Source of the DNA: a virus | Taxonomy: Duplodnaviria; Caudoviricetes | Virus record (IMG/VR): IMGVR_UViG_3300037808_002146 | Length of the DNA stretch: 64,000 nt | Direction: 5' to 3' (one strand) | In this document: positions 17,632 through 27,604 of the stretch, in pieces | How positions within the stretch are numbered: the stretch's first letter is position 1 | Layout: each line of letters opens with the position of its first letter | Program-made: the position numbers and the translations under genes | Notes under the pieces: model-generated | Database searches by the model: none | What the model was told of the DNA's origin: nothing | What the model saw: only the letters and a program-made list of their open reading frames with translations

Positions 17632-19171
17632 ACCCTACTGAAAGTAGGTTGAGTGCTGCGCTGGTTGCATTTTCTAATGCGCAAATTGCGACTTTAACAG
17701 GATCAATTATCCCATCTTTCATTATATTAGAAATTTTTCCTGTACTAGCATCGTAGCCAGTATTTCCCTTTGTTGACTTAAGTTTTTCCAATATCACTTC
17801 TGGAACATCTCCAGCGTTTTTAGATATTTGATAAAGTGGCATCTTCAAAGAATAAGACAAGATTTGATAACCTATATCTTTGTTTTCAGACAACTTTTCT
17901 GAAATTCTAAAAAACGCTGTGCCGCCGCCAGGAATGATGCCATCTTCTAATGCTACCCTAGTGGCGTTAACAGCATCATCTACCCTATCTCTTCTCTCAT
18001 TTACTTCGCTCTCTGTAGAACCTCCAACATAAATAACCGCTACCCCACTGGTCATTCTCTTTCTACGACGATCTAAAACGTTTCTTTCGTCTAAGGAAAC
18101 ATTTGGCTCTTCGCACCTTAAGGTTATAGAAGCTATCCTTTGATTGACTATCTCTTCATTAGAATTACAGTCGACGAAAACGCTTTTTTCTTTATAAGCT
18201 TTGAAATTTTTGCAACTTCCGAGCATAGAGAAGACCGGCATATTAGGCCAACTATCCGGACTGTCATGAATAAGTTCTGCGCCTAATACTGCTGCTAAGT
18301 CTTCGAGGGATTGCTCTCTAGCTACTCCAAACTCTGGGGCTCTTAAAACACAACACTTGAGGTTTCCTTTAGACTTGTTTAAAATCAACCCTTGCAGTGC
18401 TTCTCCGGTGACATCGTTAGCTATAATCACCAAAGGTCGGTTTTCTTTAACTGACTCTTCCAAGATGGAAATAATGCCCTTCATATGCGTAATATTTTGA
18501 TTCGTTAGCATAATAAGCGGATTCTTAAATTCCACAGTTTGCTTAGATTGGTTAGTTACAAAATATGGAGAAATATAACCTCTATCAATCTGGTAACCAT
18601 CAACTAAAATTAGCTCTGTATTATATCCTTTTGAGTTTTCAACAGAAACGTAACCATGAGATCCTACTTGATTTACAGCTTCGGAGATTATCTCTCCTAA
18701 GTCTTCTTCTCCATTCGCAGAAATAGTAGCTACATTTTTTAAATCTTTTTCATTCCTAATATCGATAGACATATCTTTTAAGTGTTCTACTGATGCTGTC
18801 TTAGCTTCTAGTAAAGACTCTCTCAAATCTCTAATGTTACCACCAGTTCCCAGATACTTTGTCCCTTGCTCAAAAATAGCTTGGGCCAATACCGTAGAAG
18901 TTGTTGTACCATCTCCGGCTACTTCGGCTGTTTGACGAGCAGCTTCTTTGACTACTTGAGCGCCTAGATTCTCAAACCTATCGATTAGATTAATGGCTTC
19001 AGCGACTGTAACTCCATCTTTAGTTAAAATTGGTGGAGCATTTTCGAGTTCTATTAAAACGTTTTGACCTCGAGGGCCCATAGTAATCTTTACAGCACCA
19101 GACAATTTTGAAACACCTGAAAGCAGAGAGTTTCTTAATTCATCTGAATATCTCAATATTCTCTTTTGCAT
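17588..19171 (-). CDS. groEL: GroEL-like chaperonin
   Basis: ITMGPRGQNV, TKDGVTVA, GDGTTTSTVLA, GYISPYF, GGGTA; no GGM tail. Confidence 0.95.
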   Translation of the reverse strand: MQKRILRYSDELRNSLLSGVSKLSGAVKITMGPRGQNVLIELENAPPILTKDGVTVAEAINLIDRFENLGAQVVKEAARQTAEVAGDGTTTSTVLAQAIFEQGTKYLGTGGNIRDLRESLLEAKTASVEHLKDMSIDIRNEKDLKNVATISANGEEDLGEIISEAVNQVGSHGYVSVENSKGYNTELILVDGYQIDRGYISPYFVTNQSKQTVEFKNPLIMLTNQNITHMKGIISILEESVKENRPLVIIANDVTGEALQGLILNKSKGNLKCCVLRAPEFGVAREQSLEDLAAVLGAELIHDSPDSWPNMPVFSMLGSCKNFKAYKEKSVFVDCNSNEEIVNQRIASITLRCEEPNVSLDERNVLDRRRKRMTSGVAVIYVGGSTESEVNERRDRVDDAVNATRVALEDGIIPGGGTAFFRISEKLSENKDIGYQILSYSLKMPLYQISKNAGDVPEVILEKLKSTKGNTGYDASTGKISNIMKDGIIDPVKVAICALENATSAALNLLSVGCAAVIENSENNSEK

Positions 19172-19173
19172 AT

Positions 19174-19368
19174 TTAACCTTTCAACAAACCTGGTTTTAA
19201 AGAATTTTCTACTACAAAATCAGGTACACTCTGGAGTTGCCTTCTTACCCCAGAGATAGAATTTTCTGCTATGAACAAATCGCCAAACTTGTAAGCTACT
19301 TCTTGTTCGTTTATCATATTAATTTTTCTCAAAAAAGCTTGAGATTCGCTACTTAGTACAACTTTCAT
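19174..19368 (-). CDS. hypothetical protein
   Basis: 64-aa ORF; not GroES-like. Confidence 0.6.
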   Translation of the reverse strand: MKVVLSSESQAFLRKINMINEQEVAYKFGDLFIAENSISGVRRQLQSVPDFVVENSLKPGLLKG

Positions 19369-20176
19369 TTAAAATCCTCTCAAAAGTTTTCCTATATTTT
19401 TGCCATGCTTTTTCTTTAGTCATACTATGAAAATTTAGCTCTATGAACTTTTCTTTTACTTTCTCAAAATCGGAATCTATGCCTCCCATAAATACTTCAG
19501 AAATATTTTTAGGACGACGAAACTTTATTAGAGATCTATTTCTTTCATAGATTTCCCTATTAGATTTTTCTCGATCTAGAAATCCAGATAATTCATTTAA
19601 GTCTCTTGCTAACTTTTCCGCAGTTTTGTCTCCAACGCGAGGGATGCCAGATATATTATCAGAACCGTCGCCCCTAAGAGACTTCCAAGTTAGATAATCA
19701 TAATCTGGAGCTTCTCTCATTTTCTTAGTAATAGGATTATAAAGTTCGCAATTAGGATGTTCTTGAAGTAGCTGAATAAAATCAGTATCTGATGAAACTA
19801 TAACACACTCGTCTTCTTTGTGAGTTTCTAAAACTAGATAAGCAATCAAGTCGTCTGCTTCTAGATTTAAATCTCTACATACCATAATAGGGAAAAAGCT
19901 ATTGACTAAATTCTCTATCTCCCTCTTTTGCGAGAAAAAGTTTTCATCATGCTCCCTAATTCTATTCCCCTTGTATTCCGGAAGTATATCTAGCCTATCA
20001 ACAGGGGCGCCGTCTCTGACAAAATAGCAGGTATCCGGATCGAATTTTTCGATTAGTGGTCTTAAACTTCTAAAGAAAGAGTATATAATTGCAGCGTCGC
20101 CTTCACGAGCGTATTTTGCTGAGTATCTTGCCCTATAGATTAGATTGTTAGCGTCTAAAAGAAGTACTTTTTTCAA
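19349..20176 (-). CDS. 5'-3' exonuclease / flap endonuclease (T4 RNase H / PolI N-terminal family)
   Basis: LLLDANNL, VRDG, EADDLIA, SSDTDFIQL, GDGSDNISGIPRVGDKTA. Confidence 0.92.
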   Translation of the reverse strand: MKKVLLLDANNLIYRARYSAKYAREGDAAIIYSFFRSLRPLIEKFDPDTCYFVRDGAPVDRLDILPEYKGNRIREHDENFFSQKREIENLVNSFFPIMVCRDLNLEADDLIAYLVLETHKEDECVIVSSDTDFIQLLQEHPNCELYNPITKKMREAPDYDYLTWKSLRGDGSDNISGIPRVGDKTAEKLARDLNELSGFLDREKSNREIYERNRSLIKFRRPKNISEVFMGGIDSDFEKVKEKFIELNFHSMTKEKAWQKYRKTFERILNESCTK

Positions 20177-20514
20177 ATCTTACTCTCTTCCGGTTTTCTT
20201 TTTGCTGTCTCAAAAGTTTCCTTACATTCAAGCAGCATAGCGTTAACTGCTTGAGTGACGTGTTCATGCAGCTCTTTTTCTAAGTCTTCTAAATCGGAAA
20301 ACATTCTGCAATTATCTTCGTTATACTTAATTCTTTGAGATGATAAATGGTTTGCTTCTCGGTTATATGCTTCTAAAACATACTCCGTTTTTAAACCAGC
20401 TGATATAGTCTCTTTAACTGTTTTTTCTAAAATCCTAGCGGAAAAAATACTTCCAGATTTTTCAAAAAACAAAAATATATAATCTCCAACCTTGTTTACT
20501 TTATTAGTTTTCAA
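20173..20514 (-). CDS. hypothetical protein
   Basis: ORF coupled to neighbours. Confidence 0.6.
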   Translation of the reverse strand: MKTNKVNKVGDYIFLFFEKSGSIFSARILEKTVKETISAGLKTEYVLEAYNREANHLSSQRIKYNEDNCRMFSDLEDLEKELHEHVTQAVNAMLLECKETFETAKRKPEESKI

Positions 20515-21172
20515 CTATTTTCTCCAACTTAAAGGAATATTGCTTTTCTTTTCTATTCCAATTAACAATTCTTTCTAAAGCTTTTTTCTTTTGATACGGT
20601 GGCTTTTTTTCATCTTCAACAACTAGCTTAGCTCTATCGATAATTTCTTGATTTTTATCAACGAAATCCCCAAAGAGCGGGGTACATTTCAACATTGCGT
20701 TAGATTTCTTCATTCTTGATTTCCCACGAGAACCAGACGCGGGTGGGTGAAAATCATCTATGGAGAGTTCTTTAAAATATAATACAGCTGCTTTTTCAAA
20801 ATCTCTATCTACTAGCATGTACAGAAAATCTAAAGTGCCCTTCTTTCTAAGGGTTGCGTAATCGCATTGGAGGGCCCATGTTTTATTGATATGCGGAGAG
20901 GTTATTTTGCATTCGAGTTCTGTGTTAATTTCCCCAATAACAATATCGGGTTGGCCAGATCTTCCGTCGTTGATGACCCCAGAATAGACTTTTGAAAGTT
21001 CTTTAGAAAACTCTTTCTCTTGGATGGAAGACATTAAGATGTTTCTTCTACCGATGTCTGCTTTTATATTCAACCCTTCGGATTCGTAGAGGCTGGAAAG
21101 TTTTTGATTGAAGTCGTACATCCTGCTAAGAGCACGACTGGCCATTTGTTCTGTTAGGTATGTTTCATTCAT
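20504..21172 (-). CDS. putative PD-(D/E)xK endonuclease
   Basis: GQPDIVI...ELECK motif; start revised to MNETYL because the track start lies inside the promoter. Confidence 0.55.
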   Translation of the reverse strand: MNETYLTEQMASRALSRMYDFNQKLSSLYESEGLNIKADIGRRNILMSSIQEKEFSKELSKVYSGVINDGRSGQPDIVIGEINTELECKITSPHINKTWALQCDYATLRKKGTLDFLYMLVDRDFEKAAVLYFKELSIDDFHPPASGSRGKSRMKKSNAMLKCTPLFGDFVDKNQEIIDRAKLVVEDEKKPPYQKKKALERIVNWNRKEKQYSFKLEKIVEN

Positions 21173-21178
21173 GTATAA

Positions 21179-21207
21179 ATTATACAACAAAGAGGGATGA
21201 ATTACAC
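21179..21207 (-). promoter_or_regulatory. sigma70-type promoter GTGTAA-N17-TATAAT
   Basis: Minus strand GTGTAA ttcatccctctttgttg TATAAT; ATG lies 7 nt downstream (possibly leaderless). Confidence 0.65.
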
Positions 21208-21210
21208 GAT

Positions 21211-21549
21211 TTAGTTTAGATTTTCTCTTACTTTATTAGATACCTCTCGGCCTTTATCAGCAGCCACGCTTAAAGGTTCAAGGCCGAGCGCTAATCTAAC
21301 TTTATCAAAAGTTTTTGGATCTAAATTATTTTTTAAAGTAGACATATCTGCGTATTGATGTAAATCCATGTCGAAGATAGGTAGCGGGTTTCCATCTTCG
21401 CCGGGTTCAAACTCTCCCGTTTCACGAGACTCAAAAATAAATAAAAAACCAGGCATTTCTTTTCCGACTGGTATTTGTATGAATGGGATGTGAGAGCTTA
21501 GGCCTTCAGAATCTTCTTCGTAGCATATTTCAGGTATCCAATTTTGCAT
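21211..21549 (-). CDS. hypothetical protein
   Basis: ORF with RBS (AGAGG). Confidence 0.7.
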   Translation of the reverse strand: MQNWIPEICYEEDSEGLSSHIPFIQIPVGKEMPGFLFIFESRETGEFEPGEDGNPLPIFDMDLHQYADMSTLKNNLDPKTFDKVRLALGLEPLSVAADKGREVSNKVRENLN

Positions 21550-21616
21550 AATATTCCTCTACTTTTGTTTTTATTATACACAATAATACAAGCCTGTAAT
21601 TTAATATCACATAAAT

Positions 21617-22849
21617 TTATCTGAATTGAATCACTTTTATTATATCTGAAATTTTCGAAACTATTCTTTCTGCTTCTGAACTTGAATCGCTAAGCTCTTT
21701 TGTCATTTCTTCTATGCTTTCGTATGGAGCTAAGAGAATGCTAGATACTTCTGCCATATCTTTTTGAGTTTCTCTAAAAATCTTGCCGCCATCTTCTTGA
21801 AGATTTGATTTCAACGTATTAAATAGGTAGTCTTCCATCTCCCTTTCGTAATCTTTAGCTGTAACTTTCTCGCCAAGCTTTTTAATTCCTGGAAGTTTTT
21901 TCATTTGCTGCATCAACTTGGACTCTTTAGCTGCTTCTCCCGAATCTTCATCAGCAAATTTTTCTTTTATTTCTTCGTTGCCCCTAGACATTTCCGATTT
22001 GAAGTCTGCTAAGTAGTTACCTAAATCAACTCCGGCAGATTTAGCAGAAGCTACCGCAGCTTCGAGTTGATTATACTCTTTTGCAGACATCAAATCGGAT
22101 AAAGCTTTCATTCTTTCAGGAATTCCCTCATCAACAATTTCTTTTATTGCGTTTTCTTTGATGCTTACAAATTCTTGAAACCCTTTTTCAATTTTGCTTA
22201 AATCAAAATCTAAACCTTGCCTTTTTATTTCAGACTCAATTTCTTTCCCAATATCGATACTCTCTCCACCAACCTCAAGGAGGACATCTAAATGGTCTCT
22301 GCCTAAGGATTCGCCGAAAAATAGATTCTTTAAATCAGCTAGAGCTCCCCTAATGGGTCCACGAGCATCGCCGGTTACTTTTCCGCCCGGGCCGATGCCG
22401 CCTTCTTCTTGGTCTTTCACAGCTAGCCTTTGTTCCTTAAAAACATCGTTTACGAACTTGGCAGCACCAACGCCTTTTTTCAGAGCCTGAACTCCTAGAT
22501 ACGCGGTCGGGTTAGCCATGAAAGCAACTATCTTAGCGTCCGTTCCCATACCATCGGAAACTTTTTTTACAAAATCGGAATGTTCTTTTGCAAACTGTTC
22601 TTGTTTTTGTTGGTATGCATTCAATAGTCTCTGCTTCTTAGTAGTGCTAAAGGTAAACAAAATCCTCATGTTATATAAAACGCCTGTTCCAACGTCTTTG
22701 AGCGTAAGCTTAGCGGCCTTTAGGACATCCGTAAAAGGAGATACAAAGTACTCCATGAATTCGTCATTAGACAAATAGATGCCATATTGAGAACTTTCTT
22801 TTATAATTGACTCTCGAATAAATATTTTAGTAAATTTTTCTTTAATCAT
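21617..22849 (-). CDS. putative virion/head-associated protein
   Basis: 410 aa, helical, with IRES/IKES/FGES motifs. Confidence 0.7.
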   Translation of the reverse strand: MIKEKFTKIFIRESIIKESSQYGIYLSNDEFMEYFVSPFTDVLKAAKLTLKDVGTGVLYNMRILFTFSTTKKQRLLNAYQQKQEQFAKEHSDFVKKVSDGMGTDAKIVAFMANPTAYLGVQALKKGVGAAKFVNDVFKEQRLAVKDQEEGGIGPGGKVTGDARGPIRGALADLKNLFFGESLGRDHLDVLLEVGGESIDIGKEIESEIKRQGLDFDLSKIEKGFQEFVSIKENAIKEIVDEGIPERMKALSDLMSAKEYNQLEAAVASAKSAGVDLGNYLADFKSEMSRGNEEIKEKFADEDSGEAAKESKLMQQMKKLPGIKKLGEKVTAKDYEREMEDYLFNTLKSNLQEDGGKIFRETQKDMAEVSSILLAPYESIEEMTKELSDSSSEAERIVSKISDIIKVIQFR

Positions 22850-23078
22850 GATTACTCTCTAACTTCAATTTTATGCCTGTTTCTCCGTAATAAATATCAA
22901 TCATTTTTCTTTCGAAACTATTTAGACTTTGTTTTTTAGTTTTAGGATCCCTAGTGCTAAAGCTTCTCCTCATCCGAGGGGGAATAGACTTTAACATAAC
23001 TTTCTTAAAATCCATCCAATTTTTATTATCTTCAAGAACTAAAAAAGCAAATTTTATATACTCTCTGTATTCTTCCAC
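22842..23078 (-). CDS. hypothetical protein
   Basis: ORF track. Confidence 0.6.
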   Translation of the reverse strand: MEEYREYIKFAFLVLEDNKNWMDFKKVMLKSIPPRMRRSFSTRDPKTKKQSLNSFERKMIDIYYGETGIKLKLESNHD

Positions 23079-23082
23079 TTTA

Positions 23083-23706
23083 TTACCTAAATAACCTTAA
23101 TTTTTCAATATGACTTTTTATTAAAAAAGATCTGCAATCTAATACATTAAAGCCATCAAGTTTAGTCTTTCCATTTAATACTAACGATTTTTCTAAGAAT
23201 TGAAAAAATTTTTTCTTATCAGACTTAGAAAGTAACGAGATATTTTTATCTAAAGACTCAAAATTTTCCAACAAAAATGACATATCCGTAGCATACGATT
23301 CCCACTTAAGGGTTATTGGATTTTTCAGGATAGAAAAAAAGCCGTAATCAAAGTTTGCTAAATTTTCTAAAAATATAGAACACAATTTTCTAGTTGAGCG
23401 TGAACCCTTTGAGTCAATTTCTATAATTTGAATTAATTTCTTATCCTTGTTTATTCTGCACTTAGCCCAAATAGAGCCCGGGTTAATTGTTTTAATATCG
23501 AAAAAAAGAAATATAGCCCTAACTACTTTTAAAAAATCTATCCTAGGGTTGTCTAAACGCTTCTGAAGCTCCTTGTCAAAGAAAAATGATGAACCTATTG
23601 AATCATAACCAAAATAGACGGTATCGCCCTTTATCTCGTACAGAACTTGGTTAGCTTGCATTGATTCTAGGACATTACTAATAGTAAGATTACTTTTTTG
23701 AGCCAT
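23083..23706 (-). CDS. hypothetical protein
   Basis: ORF track. Confidence 0.65.
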   Translation of the reverse strand: MAQKSNLTISNVLESMQANQVLYEIKGDTVYFGYDSIGSSFFFDKELQKRLDNPRIDFLKVVRAIFLFFDIKTINPGSIWAKCRINKDKKLIQIIEIDSKGSRSTRKLCSIFLENLANFDYGFFSILKNPITLKWESYATDMSFLLENFESLDKNISLLSKSDKKKFFQFLEKSLVLNGKTKLDGFNVLDCRSFLIKSHIEKLRLFR

Positions 23707-24502
23707 TTACTTTTTGAGCAGATCTTAATTGCATCCTTAAGTGCTTGAGTAAGCCATTGTAACTAGATCGAGATTCAGTACCTCTAAAACAAGAGTCTCT
23801 TGAAGATTGTGCATCGATTATCCTAGCTTCTAAATCATTCACTGAAACTTGAGATCCGAAAGAAACTACTTTTCCATTAGCACACTTGTGATTGCTTTTC
23901 GTATTTTCTAAAACTATCATAGCTTCTCTTAACTTCTCTGAAACCTCACCTACGACTATTGGGGAATTACTTAAAGTTTTTGTTGGTTGAGTTTTTAAAT
24001 CACTTTTGCTATTTGGTTTTTCAAAATCATCTGGCATAGGAGCATCTTCAACTCCACCAGCTTTATTCATAATAGTAGCAAACCCGGACATCATAGAGAA
24101 GAGTTCTTGCTTTTCATCTGATTTTAAGTTGTCGAAATATTTTAGTAAGCCAGTTTTCACTTTATCGTCTTTTAAGCTAGCACCAGATCTCAACGCATTC
24201 AACTGAGTTACAATATCTTTGAATTGAACATTTTTTGGCATTTTTTCTGGAATTTCGTAAGAAAACTTTTTGTCGCCTTTTTCTTTTTTGTCGACTAAAT
24301 CTAAATTATCGTTTTTTTCCTCAGAAGACTCTTCTTCGTCTACTTCGGACTTAGACGAAGATTTTTTCCTTATCCCTTCGTCATCAATATCATTTGATAT
24401 AGCTTCTTGTTTTTCTTTTTCCTCTTGCGAAGGATCGATTTGATCAGCAATAGAAGCATAAGACTCTAAGACAGCTTTTTTCAAAAGGTCGTCATCAATC
24501 AT
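23690..24502 (-). CDS. acidic hypothetical protein (putative head/core)
   Basis: VLES near the N-terminus; D/E/K-rich. Confidence 0.65.
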   Translation of the reverse strand: MIDDDLLKKAVLESYASIADQIDPSQEEKEKQEAISNDIDDEGIRKKSSSKSEVDEEESSEEKNDNLDLVDKKEKGDKKFSYEIPEKMPKNVQFKDIVTQLNALRSGASLKDDKVKTGLLKYFDNLKSDEKQELFSMMSGFATIMNKAGGVEDAPMPDDFEKPNSKSDLKTQPTKTLSNSPIVVGEVSEKLREAMIVLENTKSNHKCANGKVVSFGSQVSVNDLEARIIDAQSSRDSCFRGTESRSSYNGLLKHLRMQLRSAQKVNGSKK

Positions 24503-24902
24503 TTAATATCTCCTTGTCTACTAAAGACAGTTCTAAAGAGTAAGTATCTTGATTATATTTAAAACAGTCTATATTTTCTATATTGCTAGAATCTATAGCG
24601 ATGCCTAAACTATCACATGTGATAACAAAAGTATCTAAAGATAAAATAAAGCTAACAATATCTGCGTTTATCAATAAAGAGACTCTAGATAGTTTGTTGT
24701 CCTTAGACGATATAGAAAAAGAGTCTAGCTTACATTCGAAATTATTGCTGCCGAAAGATATCGAAAAATCTATAGATTTGTCTGTATAACTTAGCCTATC
24801 TTTAAGAGATTCAGATACTATTTCATTACCAGGGTTACCCAATATTCTTCTGAATTCATCATTCACGTAATCACCCACCGTTAAAACTCGCAGAGACATC
24901 AT
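24495..24902 (-). CDS. hypothetical protein
   Basis: ORF track. Confidence 0.55.
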   Translation of the reverse strand: MMSLRVLTVGDYVNDEFRRILGNPGNEIVSESLKDRLSYTDKSIDFSISFGSNNFECKLDSFSISSKDNKLSRVSLLINADIVSFILSLDTFVITCDSLGIAIDSSNIENIDCFKYNQDTYSLELSLVDKEILND

Positions 24903-25251
24903 AATAGATATTGTCTACTTCCGAGAGGAAAGCTTTAAAATGATTACTAGCCATCATGTGGCGGGGTACCGTTATCTCTACTTCGTCTTTGTTGTAAACA
25001 TAATTTAAAGAAACCCTGATTCCATGTTGCTGTTCTAGATCGAAAATATATTCACAAAAAGAATGCTGCGAAATTCTTGACGAAAAAGAGAAAACTTTAG
25101 CAAAAAATTCCGAGCTCTCCTCCCAGCCAGTACTACTCTCAACTGAACATGGCGTTACGCTTTTGGAAATTGATAACTCGTTAGGCAAAAAAGAAGGGCT
25201 ATTGAATTCTCTCAGAAAACCTTCTCTCATGACGTTTTTAAGTTTCATCAT
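24871..25251 (-). CDS. hypothetical protein, weakly pterin-carbinolamine dehydratase-like
   Basis: W...KVFSFS...F..YIFDLEQQH pattern is only loosely PCD-like. Confidence 0.45.
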   Translation of the reverse strand: MMKLKNVMREGFLREFNSPSFLPNELSISKSVTPCSVESSTGWEESSEFFAKVFSFSSRISQHSFCEYIFDLEQQHGIRVSLNYVYNKDEVEITVPRHMMASNHFKAFLSEVDNIYYDVSASFNGG

Positions 25252-26426
25252 AATCCCAAGCTTGAAGTCTTGTTTTCGAAATCGTCAGTATCATCGATAG
25301 CAGAATATGTTATATCCATCTTCTCTTTTGCAGACTTCTTATCCCAAGCGTCTTTTACAGCTTTCACAAAATCAGCATTTGAAAGAAAATCTTTTTGGTA
25401 TTTGTCTGTATTAGATTTGATGAAGTTCGATGCTGCAGAAACGAGATTATCCATATCTTCAAGGTTTGTATCAGGGAAAGCTTTGTTTAGCTTCATTCTA
25501 ATTTTTTTACTATTGATAGGCGAAAGGCCCACAGTTTGGCTAAAAACCATATTTCCTATTTGAGATGGTATATTGGCAGAAGAAATCTCTCTTTTTAATT
25601 CTCTATCTCTTGCATTTCTAATTGGCTTCAAAGCTGGCTCTAAAAAGCCTAGATTGAAAAAGCTTAAAAAAGCAGGATTGGTTAGAGTGTAATCAGACTT
25701 TTTCAAAGCTGCAGCTTCTTCGGGGCTTAACGATTCTGAGTCTTCTAAAGTTTTAACCCAAATATCTCTTGCATAATTTTTTGCTTTTTGAATTTGGTCA
25801 TCACCAATCAAATATATAGCAGCCATTTTGCTCTTTTTTCGTCCGATCCACTGTTTTGCTCCAGATTCTCCAGATACTCCTGGCATCAAACCGGTTTTCA
25901 CTAAATCCGAAAGCGAAGCGTCACCTGATGATTTTGATGCTTTGAATTTTTTTGATTCGCCTGATTCTTCTTCTGATTCTTCTTCTACAGAATATCCAGA
26001 TCTAAATTCTTCTGGCATATCGCTGTCATCAGGAAGTTCAAACTCATCATAGTCTCCGTAACCTTCATTTACATTCTCGTCTTCTCCGCCTCTTTTTAAA
26101 ATATCTTTAATTTGTGAATATACTAAGGCTACTTCTTCGTTACTCATTAATTCGGATAGCGCTTTAATAGAAGCAGCTAAATCAGAAGGAGTTTTTGGAA
26201 CGTAGTTGTCATCTTCAACAGGAGGTCGAGACATAATAGAATTTATCCCCATGTTATCGCTTGGTTGTAGTGGCAACTCCTTAGGAAGTTCTGGCTTTGG
26301 ATCAGTTTCTTTTTTAGTTTGGTGAGCGGCAAATTGTCCAGCTCTGTGATCTTCGGTAGATCTTAGATTGTAAGAAGTTTCAAAAAGAATTTTATTAATG
26401 ATTTCTTTGACATTTTTATATTTCAT
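25248..26426 (-). CDS. putative head/core protein
   Basis: 392 aa; ILFE and VNEG motifs; acidic linker; upstream ATAATTA motif. Confidence 0.7.
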   Translation of the reverse strand: MKYKNVKEIINKILFETSYNLRSTEDHRAGQFAAHQTKKETDPKPELPKELPLQPSDNMGINSIMSRPPVEDDNYVPKTPSDLAASIKALSELMSNEEVALVYSQIKDILKRGGEDENVNEGYGDYDEFELPDDSDMPEEFRSGYSVEEESEEESGESKKFKASKSSGDASLSDLVKTGLMPGVSGESGAKQWIGRKKSKMAAIYLIGDDQIQKAKNYARDIWVKTLEDSESLSPEEAAALKKSDYTLTNPAFLSFFNLGFLEPALKPIRNARDRELKREISSANIPSQIGNMVFSQTVGLSPINSKKIRMKLNKAFPDTNLEDMDNLVSAASNFIKSNTDKYQKDFLSNADFVKAVKDAWDKKSAKEKMDITYSAIDDTDDFENKTSSLGL

Positions 26427-26474
26427 GTTATACCACCTCGAAGTTAATTATCGGTTAAAATTAAGACTATGCCA

Positions 26475-26912
26475 TCAATCGGCTATTTTATTAGCAACGT
26501 ACCCAGAACCAAGAGCAACTAAAGCCCCAAATACAAAACCACCGACGAACCACCATTCTGATGATACATCCTTTTTTTCAAGCTGCTTTACCGATAAGTT
26601 TATTTGTTTTCTTAAAAAATCGTTTTGTGATTTATAAACAGATATTTCAAACTCATTAGCTATTTTTAACTTTTCAACTGCAAAATTACAGTTTGATTTT
26701 TGGATTGCTATTTCTTCTTTTAGCTTTAACTGGCATATCTCTTGAGAGCTATTGAGTTTCACTAACATCTCGGCTACTGCTTCTTGGTTTAAAAGAGTAC
26801 CGGTGAACGGAACTATTTCTCCCTCGTTCACCGTTTTCACTGCGGCTTCTTGTGCGAACGCCGGAGTAAACAGCAACATGAATGAAAGTAAGATGCATAA
26901 AGTTTTTTTCAT
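26475..26912 (-). CDS. signal peptide, coiled coil and C-terminal TM protein (spanin-like architecture)
   Basis: AFA-Q signal cleavage site; C-terminal WWFVGGFVFGALVAL. Confidence 0.55.
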   Translation of the reverse strand: MKKTLCILLSFMLLFTPAFAQEAAVKTVNEGEIVPFTGTLLNQEAVAEMLVKLNSSQEICQLKLKEEIAIQKSNCNFAVEKLKIANEFEISVYKSQNDFLRKQINLSVKQLEKKDVSSEWWFVGGFVFGALVALGSGYVANKIAD

Positions 26913-26948
26913 GAAACAATAATATCTCGTGCTTAGATAAAGTTTAAG

Positions 26949-27359
26949 TTAGTTATCAATCTTGTCTAAGTTCTTTACGTTGAGGGATTTAGCGAGATAG
27001 TTAGTAGCTTTTCCAGCGCTTCCATTCTCTAGAGATAACTCTATTTTCTCTCGAAATGCTACCTTAATTAAATCCTTTTTTTTCTCGTAAATTTTTCTTA
27101 ACTTCGCGATTTCAACTTCGTGGTTTGATTGAGCTTTTTCTATTTTTTCTTCTCTTATTTCGTTAGCAATAATTACTTCATCTAAAGCAGCGACTCCAGC
27201 TTTTGTTGATTCTTTTATTACTTCGCTCGTTTTGTTTTTCTTAGTAAACAATATACTTCCAAAAATAGTTACAACTACCCCTAAGAAGAATTGCCAGTAT
27301 TTTTTAATAAATTCGTATGATTTTGAAAAAAACGATTTAACCGCTAGCCATTGGATCAT
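26949..27359 (-). CDS. N-terminal TM plus coiled-coil protein (i-spanin-like)
   Basis: TM near residues 22-39, followed by a charged helix. Confidence 0.5.
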   Translation of the reverse strand: MIQWLAVKSFFSKSYEFIKKYWQFFLGVVVTIFGSILFTKKNKTSEVIKESTKAGVAALDEVIIANEIREEKIEKAQSNHEVEIAKLRKIYEKKKDLIKVAFREKIELSLENGSAGKATNYLAKSLNVKNLDKIDN

Positions 27360-27559
27360 GAGTTTTTACCGTGCTTCCACTGAACTGCTAAGTCTACGAG
27401 AGCCTGAGAACCAATATAAGCTAACGTTACTGCAACCCAATCTCCGCTGGTTAATGTACCACCAAAACATAGCCCGGTCGCGGTAATCCACGCTAAAAAT
27501 TTTCTTGATATAAATCTCTCTAAATGTTTATCAGCGAATGCTTTTACTGCCTGAGTCAT
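27356..27559 (-). CDS. small 2-TM holin-like protein
   Basis: SRKFLAW...DWVAVTLAYIGSQALVD; 67 aa. Confidence 0.5.
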   Translation of the reverse strand: MTQAVKAFADKHLERFISRKFLAWITATGLCFGGTLTSGDWVAVTLAYIGSQALVDLAVQWKHGKNS

Positions 27560-27604
27560 ATTGCACCTCCATGTTAGTATTAACTATCACGTTAAAGCAA
27601 AATA

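Noticed and set aside
19174-19368. GroES next to groEL
   Set aside because: No PLxDRV or mobile-loop GroES signature.
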